Below, piece by piece: positions 57,388 to 64,000 of a DNA stretch of 64,000 nt (positions within the stretch are counted from its first letter, which is position 1; every line of letters begins with the position of its first letter). The notes below the pieces were generated by a model, which saw only the letters and a list, made by a program, of their open reading frames with translations, did not search any database and was not told where the DNA came from. This DNA is from an uncultured Clostridia bacterium (GTDB lineage Bacteria > Bacillota > Clostridia > Christensenellales > UBA1242), in NCBI GenBank assembly GCA_947632645.1, contig CANRQB010000003.1, positions 10,482 to 74,481 of the forward strand. The letters run 5' to 3'. Position numbers and translations under genes: made by a program.

Positions 57388-58447
57388 ATTTGTTTTTTAC
57401 TTCATAATAATTATATGGATTAGTATGCCCAATTTGAGTTCCATAACTAAATGAGGTTATATTTCGCAAAGAGGCTTTGTATTCATCATCATAATTAAAT
57501 TTTACCCTATAAGCATCTGCTAGATAATGCACGTTACCTTCATAATTATCAATACCAGTATATCGTGTAGGTGTAATTCTAACAGTGCCAATAGTATTTT
57601 TAAAATAATTTGAATATGTTGTTCCTCTAGAAGTGATGGTTATTTCGTTTTCATTAAAGCCTATAATGTCTATATCTATTTTATTATATTTATTGACATT
57701 AACATTATCCCACTTAGTAAATTCTTTAATCATATCATTGTATGAATAAATAGCAATATTTACTTTAGATTGTACTTTAGGATTTCTTAGATTAGCTAAC
57801 TCTTGTATATAATATAGTCCTTGTACATATTCGCCTTCACATAGATATGTATACTCTTCATATTCTTGATTTGTTAATGGATATTTTAGCACATAGTTGG
57901 TGTAGTAGTTGCCATATTGGCTAGAAGAAACATTTTCTGCCTTTACTGAAACGTATATGTGATTTTTATCGTTATCGTAAATATAACTGCTAGCAAATAC
58001 ATCTAATGTGCCATCTAAATAAGCATCTACATTATGCCCATTTTCTCTTAAAAATTTATAAGGAATTGGCTTTACATCATTAGATATTCTAAATCCATTA
58101 TCGTAAACTTTTTGCCATAAATTTCTGTTTTCTTCAGTTAAAATATTTGACAAAATATCACTAAATTCTGTTGTTTCGTCATCATTATTTCCGCCAGGGT
58201 TTAAGCCACCGGGGTTGGTGCCGCCAGGTTGTTGCTGCCCAGTTGTGGTTACATTTTTGCAGTCCGCCGAGCACGCCGCCAGCCCAATAGCCGCCAGCGC
58301 CATAGCGCCCGCCAGCACAAGCCCAGCAATTGTCCTAACAATTTTATTTTTGTTAGCGATTTTAACATTATTCAACAACTCTTGTGTTTCTTCCGTCATC
58401 GCACTTTTTCTAGCCAATTTTTCTCTAATTTCGTCTATCAACGACAT
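57386..58447 (-). CDS. Membrane-anchored/lipoprotein with Pro/Gly linker and a Tyr/Asn-rich domain (353 aa)
   Basis: The ATG at 58447 follows GGAGGG. TM/lipobox IAGLVLAGAMALAAIGLAAC, then QQQPGGTNPGGLNPGGNNDDE. No family recognised. Confidence 0.65.
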   Translation of the reverse strand: MSLIDEIREKLARKSAMTEETQELLNNVKIANKNKIVRTIAGLVLAGAMALAAIGLAACSADCKNVTTTGQQQPGGTNPGGLNPGGNNDDETTEFSDILSNILTEENRNLWQKVYDNGFRISNDVKPIPYKFLRENGHNVDAYLDGTLDVFASSYIYDNDKNHIYVSVKAENVSSSQYGNYYTNYVLKYPLTNQEYEEYTYLCEGEYVQGLYYIQELANLRNPKVQSKVNIAIYSYNDMIKEFTKWDNVNVNKYNKIDIDIIGFNENEITITSRGTTYSNYFKNTIGTVRITPTRYTGIDNYEGNVHYLADAYRVKFNYDDEYKASLRNITSFSYGTQIGHTNPYNYYEVKNK

Positions 58448-58633
58448 ATTCCCTCCAAAATCTAACCGCAATTTAAGCCAATTTATAGCCGATTTATCTA
58501 AGCCGCAAATCAACTAAACAAATTTTAATTTGCAACCAACCGCGCAATTAGAATAATTATTATAATTATAATCTGAAATCATCTATTTGTCAATACTTCA
58601 GCCAAAAATTAATCAAAAATCCCCCAAAATCCC

Positions 58634-58651
58634 CCTTTTCAGTCGAAAAGG
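58634..58651 (-). terminator. Hairpin directly after the comFC stop (terminator candidate)
   Basis: CCTTTTC pairs with GAAAAGG around a 4-nt loop. The downstream U-run is interrupted (GGGGATTTTGGGGGATTTTT). Confidence 0.4.
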
Positions 58652-58653
58652 TT

Positions 58654-59397
58654 TTAATCTTCGTCTGTTGGGATTGGGGTGTGGGCGAAGGATAGCACAT
58701 AAATTTTGTTGGCGCCGGCGTGTTTTAGCACCTTGGCAACCTCGTTAACTGTGGAGCAGGTGGTTACAACGTCGTCGATAATAAGTATATTTTTGCCCTT
58801 AACAGACGCGCGGTGATCGGGGTTGATTTTAAAGCAATCGGTTAAATTTTCGCGTCTATCTTTAAACGAAAGTGTGGCTTGGCTAGCGGTTTCTTTCACC
58901 TTAAGGCAAAGTGGCAATAGGGTTAGATTAAACCGCGCGCAAAATTCCTCTGCCAACAGTTCGGCCTGATTATATCCGCGCTCCTTTAGGCGATTTATAT
59001 GGCTGGGCACGGCACAAACCATGTCCGGCTTTATGTCCCACGCGGCGTAGCAATCCGACATATAGTCCACCATGCCGGTGATAAGATATTTTGCGTTGTC
59101 ATATTTAAGGTTGTGCACGGCGGTTATAACCCTGCCAGTGTAATCCAGTGGGGCGCGTGCGAAATCGAAAAAGTAGTTCAATTTTTTGCAATGAATACAA
59201 ACGTTGCCTTCGTCCTCATCCGGCAAACTTACGCCGCAGCGCAAGCAAGCGCGCCTAATAAATGGCAGCGTTTCCATACAATTTGTGCAAGTTTCGTTGC
59301 TGTTTTTGCCGTTTAGTTCGTCGCCACAAAACATACATTTAATTTTATTTGGGTAAATTAAATTTTCAATAAAATTTTTTATCTTTTGCCATTTCAT
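58654..59397 (-). CDS. comFC: ComF-family protein (ComFC; phosphoribosyltransferase domain with N-terminal zinc fingers)
   Basis: CMFCGDEL...CTNC...CLRCG...CIHC and the PRT motif ILIIDDVVTTCST. Confidence 0.85.
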   Translation of the reverse strand: MKWQKIKNFIENLIYPNKIKCMFCGDELNGKNSNETCTNCMETLPFIRRACLRCGVSLPDEDEGNVCIHCKKLNYFFDFARAPLDYTGRVITAVHNLKYDNAKYLITGMVDYMSDCYAAWDIKPDMVCAVPSHINRLKERGYNQAELLAEEFCARFNLTLLPLCLKVKETASQATLSFKDRRENLTDCFKINPDHRASVKGKNILIIDDVVTTCSTVNEVAKVLKHAGANKIYVLSFAHTPIPTDED

Positions 59398-59685
59398 ACA
59401 ATAATTTTACCATATTTTACCAATTTTTGTATATTTTTGCACATATTTTGTTGTGTTTTTTAAAAATTTTAAAAACCAAAAAACACTGCTTTGTGGTATT
59501 TTTGTTAAATTTAATTAAGATTTTTTTATTTTTAGTTGATTTTTTAATTAATTTTTATTAAATTTATTAATTTTTTTATTAATTTTTTATGTTTTTTTGT
59601 ATTTTTTATTAATTTTTAACATTATTATTTTAAATTTTAAAAATTGCCGCATAAAAAAAATTTATTAAAAATTTTACAAAAAGTG

Positions 59686-59714
59686 TTGACATTTGTTAGC
59701 TTTTGTTATATAAT
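59686..59714 (+). promoter_or_regulatory. sigma-A promoter TTGACA-17-TATAAT
   Basis: TTGACA at 59686-59691 and TATAAT at 59709-59714. Confidence 0.65.
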
Positions 59715-59884
59715 TACACTAGTTTAATAAAATTTCTTGCTGCTAAGACCACAAGTGCAGTAGCGTAAAACCTTCGGGTTGCTTGTGTAGGAGAGAAAAT
59801 ATGTCGATTAAAGTCTCTTTTGTCACGGCAAAAGGGATTTTTATTATTCTATAAGATTTATCTTATTTAGCATAAAGGAGGATT
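59715..59884 (+). promoter_or_regulatory. Ribosomal protein L10 leader-like attenuator
   Basis: A structured ~170-nt leader before rplJ. CACAAG (59749-54) pairs with CTTGTG (59782-87) and encloses AACC-ttcg-GGTT. This is followed by the terminator hairpin CTCTTTTG-tcacgg-CAAAAGGG plus ATTTTT (about 59813-59845). Confidence 0.55.
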
Positions 59885-60373
59885 ATGTCAGCAAATTTAG
59901 AAGCAAAAAAAGTTGCGGTAGAAGAAATTAAAAAACTGCTAACCGACAGTAAATCTGTTGTGTTGGTAGACTATCGCGGCACCACGGTTGAACAAGACAC
60001 TGCACTTAGAAAAACTTTGCGTGAAAATAATGTAGTGTACAAAGTGCTTAAAAACAGCCTGTTCAAAAAAGCGTGCGAACAACTTAACATCTCTGGCCTA
60101 GATGACGCACTTAATGGTACAACCGCTTTTGCATTTGGTATGGAGGATGAAACCGCTGCTCCGCGTCTTATCAAAAAAGCCAGCAAGGATTACACCACTT
60201 TGGTTATTAAAGCCGGCGTGATGGCAAACAAAGCTTTGTCTACTAGCGAAGTGGAGGCTATGGCAGCAATCCCAGCAAAAGATCAACTTGTTGCTCAATT
60301 GTTGTATGTCCTCAATGCACCTGTGGCATCGCTTGCACGTGCATTTAAAGCCATTGCAGATAAGCAAGGCTAG
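59885..60373 (+). CDS. rplJ: 50S ribosomal protein L10
   Basis: MSANLEAKKVAVEEIKKLLTDSKSVVLVDYRGTTVEQDTALRKTLRENNVVYKVLKNSL. Confidence 0.93.
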   Translation: MSANLEAKKVAVEEIKKLLTDSKSVVLVDYRGTTVEQDTALRKTLRENNVVYKVLKNSLFKKACEQLNISGLDDALNGTTAFAFGMEDETAAPRLIKKASKDYTTLVIKAGVMANKALSTSEVEAMAAIPAKDQLVAQLLYVLNAPVASLARAFKAIADKQG

Positions 60374-60459
60374 TTAACCGCTTAAGGTTCGTTTGTTACG
60401 TAAAAACAAAATTAGGAGAGTATCTCCTGCAAATTAAAATTTATTAAAAGGAGTTTAAT

Positions 60460-60831
60460 ATGACTATCGAAGAAATTGTTAATGAAATCAAAACTAAAAC
60501 TGCCGTTGAATTAAACGAGTTAGTTAAAGCATTAGAACAAGAATTTGGCGTTAGTGCCGCTGCCGCTGTTGTTGCTGGCCCTGCTGCTGGTGCAGCTGAT
60601 GCCCCTGCAGCCGAAGAAAAAACTGAATTTACTGTTATGCTTAAAGAAGTTGGCGCAAACAAAATTGCTGTTATCAAAGCAGTACGTGAAGCAACTGGCT
60701 TGGGCTTAATGGAAGCTAAAGCTTTGGTTGAAGCCGCTCCAAAAGCAGTTAAAGAGAACATCCCTCAAGAAGAAGCTAAAAAGCTTGAAGAGGCTCTTAA
60801 AGCTGCTGGTGCTGTTGTTGAACTTAAATAA
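60460..60831 (+). CDS. rplL: 50S ribosomal protein L7/L12
   Basis: [35 protein letters not shown]...[24 protein letters not shown]. Confidence 0.95.
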   Translation: MTIEEIVNEIKTKTAVELNELVKALEQEFGVSAAAAVVAGPAAGAADAPAAEEKTEFTVMLKEVGANKIAVIKAVREATGLGLMEAKALVEAAPKAVKENIPQEEAKKLEEALKAAGAVVELK

Positions 60832-60847
60832 TTCGTTCTTTATGCTA

Positions 60848-60878
60848 AAAGCCGCATTGATTTGCGGTTTTTTTATTT
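60848..60878 (+). terminator. Intrinsic terminator after rplL
   Basis: AAAGCCGCA pairs with TGCGGTTT around a 6-nt loop, followed by a T-run. Confidence 0.7.
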
Positions 60879-61023
60879 TTATTGTGCAAATTAATAAATT
60901 ATAAAGTAAGTTGAAGGATTTATGTTTAACAGTTTGTTTTTTGGCAAATATTATAAAAATGGGCAAAATTGATACTAACTTTACAAAATTTTCAAAAATT
61001 TTACAAAAAACATTAAAATTTGT

Positions 61024-61053
61024 TTGACTTAGATACCCCATGGGGTGTACAAT
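61024..61053 (+). promoter_or_regulatory. Promoter TTGACT-18-TACAAT with an embedded palindromic operator
   Basis: TTGACT at 61024-61029 and TACAAT at 61048-61053. ACCCCATGGGGT at 61035-61046 fills the spacer. Confidence 0.55.
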
Positions 61054-61081
61054 TAAGTAAATCTTTCTAAGGAGGAAAAAA

Positions 61082-61675
61082 ATGAAAGAAACCAAAAAAA
61101 CAGCAACCGCTAAAGTTGCAGCAAAACCAGCTGTTGCAAAAAAAGCCGCTCCAAAAGCAGCTAAGCCAGCAGCAAAACCAGCTGTAAAAGCAGCAAAACC
61201 AGCAGCAAAAGCTCCAGCTAAAAAAGTAGCCAAGGCTCCTGCAAAAGCTCCAGTTAAAGCACCTGCTAAAAAAGTAGCTAAGGCTCCAGCAAAAGCTCCT
61301 GCAAAAGCTCCAGCTAAAAAAGCAGTAAAAGCTGCTCCTGCAAAAAAAGTTGTTAAGGCAGAAGTTAAACCTGTTGCAACAACTGCTGCAAAACCCGCTC
61401 AAAAAAAAACGGTTGTAGGGCGTGCGGAAGAGGAAAAAAAGGCGCTTAAAATCCGCATTAACCGTGTAATTGGTCAACTTAATGGTATTTCCGCCATGGT
61501 GGACGAAGGCAGATCTAGCGAAGATATCCTTATCCAACTAGTTTCCAGTTACAAATCAGTAAAAAGTATTTCCAATTTGCTTGTAGAAACGCATTTGCGT
61601 ACCGCCATAAAAGAAAGTGCAAACAATCCAAAAGCGGTAGACAGCGCAATGGAAATATTAAAGCGCTATCAATAA
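61082..61675 (+). CDS. Fusion protein: histone-H1-like Ala/Lys/Pro-repeat N-terminus plus a CsoR/RcnR-family (DUF156) C-terminal domain lacking the Cys ligands
   Basis: About 110 aa of AKPAAKPAVKAAKPAAKAPAKKVAKAPAKAP repeats, then IRINRVIGQLNGISAMVDEGRSSEDILIQLVSSYKSVKSISNLLVETHLRTAI. This aligns with B. subtilis CsoR [33 protein letters not shown]...LLEHHAHHCV. Confidence 0.7.
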   Translation: MKETKKTATAKVAAKPAVAKKAAPKAAKPAAKPAVKAAKPAAKAPAKKVAKAPAKAPVKAPAKKVAKAPAKAPAKAPAKKAVKAAPAKKVVKAEVKPVATTAAKPAQKKTVVGRAEEEKKALKIRINRVIGQLNGISAMVDEGRSSEDILIQLVSSYKSVKSISNLLVETHLRTAIKESANNPKAVDSAMEILKRYQ

Positions 61676-61698
61676 AGTGGTTTTTAACCACTTTTTTT
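61674..61698. terminator. Bidirectional terminator overlapping both stop codons
   Basis: AAAGTGGTT (61674-82) pairs with AACCACTTT (61686-94) around a 3-nt loop, followed by a T-run. Confidence 0.65.
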
Positions 61699-62727
61699 GT
61701 TTAACAAATCCGCAATTAAACCCACAACTTTTTGCCGTCCGTTAATTTTTTGTAGATGGGGGTAGGAGGCATTGTAGTTTTTAATATCGCTATAAAAAGA
61801 TATAATTTCATCTTTTAGTTTTTCAGGCGTTAAATTCTGCTGATGAATAAGTTTTGCAACCTTTAAATCAGCATAATATTTAGCATTTAGCACTTGATCG
61901 CCACGCGAAGATGAGTTTTCTAGCGGGATTAAAAGCATAGGGATTTGCTTATAGAAGCATTCGCTGGATACCCCCGCCCCGCTTCTGCCCAACATAAAAT
62001 CTGCCACGTTGTAAAGTTTTGCCATGTCGTCATAAAAAGGCAATGCTATATAATTGGTGCGGGTAGGGGGTGGGGTATTGTTTTTGCCATAGATATGGAT
62101 TATATTAAATCGCGTTAACAAATCATCTATTATTGGAGTTACAAGTTCGTTTATGCTTTTTGCGCCAAGCGAGCCGCACAAAATTAGTAGTGTTGGTTTG
62201 TTTGTGTTTAATTTTATGTCGTTGGGTTTATCAAGTTTATCAAAGGATTTTGCAAAAATTGGGCCAGTATACACTATTTTTTTGTTTTTTTTCTCTAGAT
62301 TCTTAAAATTTACGCACATTTTTGTGCAAAGCTTTAAAATAATTTTGTTTGCCAACCCAAAACTATAATCGCTTTCGTGTGCCAGTATGGGTATGTGTAG
62401 CATGCGCGCAGCTATGCAAACGGGCAGCGAAACATATCCGCCCTTGCTAAAAACCAACGCAGGCGATATTTTTTTTAGCGCTGCTTTGGCGGCGAATATC
62501 GCTTTAATTAACACAAAAGGTATTTTTAAATTGCTAAATATTTTTCCGCGCACTAATTTAACGGCGGGGATGATGTGGTAGGGTATATCTTTTGGTATTT
62601 TTGTTTTTTCTATCCCGTCGCTGCCGATATAACAAAAATTATATTTGCCGCGCAGCTCTTCCATTAGATACAAATTTGGCATAACATGCCCAAGCGTGCC
62701 GCCGCCAGTGAAACATATGGTTTTCAT
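61684..62727 (-). CDS. murG: UDP-N-acetylglucosamine--N-acetylmuramyl-(pentapeptide) pyrophosphoryl-undecaprenol GlcNAc transferase
   Basis: MKTICFTGGGTLGHVMPNLYLMEEL (G-loop), ...LCGSLGAKSIN..., ...GRSGAGVSSE.... ATG 62727 is preferred, because the track extension to 62970 covers a repeat unit and has no homology. Confidence 0.8.
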   Translation of the reverse strand: MKTICFTGGGTLGHVMPNLYLMEELRGKYNFCYIGSDGIEKTKIPKDIPYHIIPAVKLVRGKIFSNLKIPFVLIKAIFAAKAALKKISPALVFSKGGYVSLPVCIAARMLHIPILAHESDYSFGLANKIILKLCTKMCVNFKNLEKKNKKIVYTGPIFAKSFDKLDKPNDIKLNTNKPTLLILCGSLGAKSINELVTPIIDDLLTRFNIIHIYGKNNTPPPTRTNYIALPFYDDMAKLYNVADFMLGRSGAGVSSECFYKQIPMLLIPLENSSSRGDQVLNAKYYADLKVAKLIHQQNLTPEKLKDEIISFYSDIKNYNASYPHLQKINGRQKVVGLIADLLNKKSG

Positions 62728-62844
62728 ACTTATATTGTATGTGAGAATTATTTTTTTATTTGTTTTATATTCTAAAAACCGCACGTCCGCTTTAAATCGC
62801 TGGCAATTTTGAGCATGAATAACCCTTGGTCTAGCACTGCGTTC

Positions 62845-63950
62845 ATTTTGTACAAAAATGCTTGCGTTTTTTACAAAATGAGTTAGCGGGTAGAGAATTG
62901 ACCAACTGAAATTTGCAAGAAGTAGAGGGAATGTATTAAAGAGCCCAATCAAAATAGCGGCGCGCAGCATATTTATAAAATAATTTTGTACAAAAGTTAA
63001 TCAAAAGCATGTGCTTATTATTTTTACTTTATTATTAATTCGCCGCTGTTATATTTTGTACAAAAATATTAGGTTATTTTACAAAAACAGAGCAATTTGA
63101 TGTGATCGATTTGCGCTACAAACCCATCTGTATATATTTATACAAGTTATTTAAGCGCTTCGCATCTTAGCATTTTGTACAAAATCACTTACATTTTTTA
63201 CAAAACCTGCAACTATTAATTATGTTTGGATTGGGTGTGGATCTGCCAACACGTGTTTTGCTATTAACTAGTGCTTATGGCTTAGCATGCGGCACCACTG
63301 CAAAAAATTTTGTAAATATATTTCCAAAGAACGAAATTTAATTATTATCTTGTGAGATTGGTAGAGTAAATTGTTTGTATATGTGTGCTTAAAGGTTTGA
63401 TTCATCTATGAGGGTACTACACACTGCTGGAGATGTTTGTATTGTGTGATTGGGCAGAAAGGTTCATATTTATCAAACAGCACATAGCTGGGGTGTTTTT
63501 GTATAAAAATACCTAATTATTTTTAACAAAAAGGTTACTTAACTTCTTTTCACAAATGGCATTTTGTACAAAAAACGCTGCATATTTTACAAAATTAAAA
63601 CGAGGGACAGGCCTTTTTGTCGTCCGGGCAGCACTACATTCTGTACAAAAATATTTAAATATTTTACAAAAGTAAGTAAACGCTAATTTTGTAATGAATT
63701 AAATTTAGCGCGAGTTAATTTTATCAATTTTTACTAACGATTTGGTACGAGTAAATTGTTCTAATAGTTGTTTGTGTAAAATTATTGCAATATTTTGTAC
63801 AAAAATAAGCCAATATTTTACAAAAACAGAGTAGGCCTAGAATTTGTATTAATTTTAACTAAAATTTTGTACGAGTTAAATGCCTTACTAGTTGTATATT
63901 TAGAACAAATGTTATATTTTGTACAAAAACTCCTATTTATTTTACAAAAA
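62845..63950 (+). repeat. Dispersed same-orientation array of a ~34-bp bipartite motif (ATTTTGTACAAAA-N9-10-TTTTACAAAA)
   Basis: Seven well-conserved units start at 62845, 63053, 63172, 63561, 63638, 63792 and 63916. In each, the two TACAAAA cores are exactly 21 bp apart. Decayed or partial copies lie at 62984, 63308 (inverted half) and 63497. The track shows no ORF of 60 aa or more after 62970. Confidence 0.85.
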
Positions 63951-64000
63951 TAAACAATTGCGCTTCGAGTTGCCACCTTGAACTCATGGCAGGAGATAAA

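Noticed and set aside
54300-58447. Polymorphic toxin C-terminal domain plus immunity gene
   Set aside because: The neighbour is convergent rather than co-oriented and immediately downstream. It is itself membrane-anchored and extracytoplasmic. I saw no pre-toxin demarcation motif or recognisable toxin fold. The compositional break is reported as a finding without this interpretation.
62728-62970. N-terminal extension of the murG ORF (track start 62970)
   Set aside because: MurG homology starts at MKTICFTGGGTLGH. The extension covers motif unit 0 of the repeat array and shows no MurG-like sequence.
63222-63341. 39-aa ORF (MFGLGVDLPTRVLLLTSAYGLACGTTAKNFVNIFPKNEI) inside the motif array
   Set aside because: No SD upstream, no conservation evidence available, and this length is expected by chance. 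Noted only in case small-protein data become available.
62845-64000. CRISPR array interpretation of the repeated ~34-bp units
   Set aside because: The centre of each unit is not conserved and only the two flanking cores are. Spacing is highly irregular (77-390 bp) rather than 26-40-bp spacers. The 'spacers' share similarity with each other, and no cas genes are in view.

Overview
Low-GC, Firmicutes-like (Clostridia-type) chromosomal segment. Coding regions are about 40-50% GC by hand counts, and many spacers are 200-380 bp and very AT-rich. Lineage calls rest on SpoIIID, a DnaB(DnaD-domain)/DnaI loader pair, a SipW-type signal peptidase and gatCAB+aspS. Most of the window is housekeeping: tilS, rpmG-secE-nusG, rplK-rplA, dut, dnaB-dnaI, cysS, gatC-gatA-gatB, aspS, a ttcA-like gene, comFC, rplJ-rplL, murG, plus three ABC transporter genes. 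One third of the window (36248-57361) is a single uninterrupted ORF of 7,037 aa. It has a lipoprotein signal, Ig-like N-terminal domains, at least four tandem GLUG-type beta-solenoid cassettes, a hydrophobic segment near the C-terminus and a ~700-aa Tyr/Asn-rich tail. Its last ~3 kb and the 3' part of the convergent neighbour form an AT-rich compositional island. Other points worth a second look: (1) a 16 x 33-aa repeat + BspA-type LRR protein with no signal peptide, translationally coupled to a 57-aa micro-ORF; (2) a 68% GC multi-helix structured island in a convergent spacer (23928-24190); (3) a >1.1-kb ORF-free array of at least 7 same-orientation bipartite motifs (TTKTACAAAA twice, 21 bp apart) that runs off the window end; (4) a Cys-less CsoR-like domain fused to a histone-H1-like AKP-repeat tail, with CsoR-type operators at its own promoter and 50 kb away; (5) no TGA among 43 stop codons or ~19,000 in-frame codons. 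I recognised no rRNA, tRNA, CRISPR array, transposase or integrase. All calls come from reading the sequence and ORF track by eye; no searches were run.
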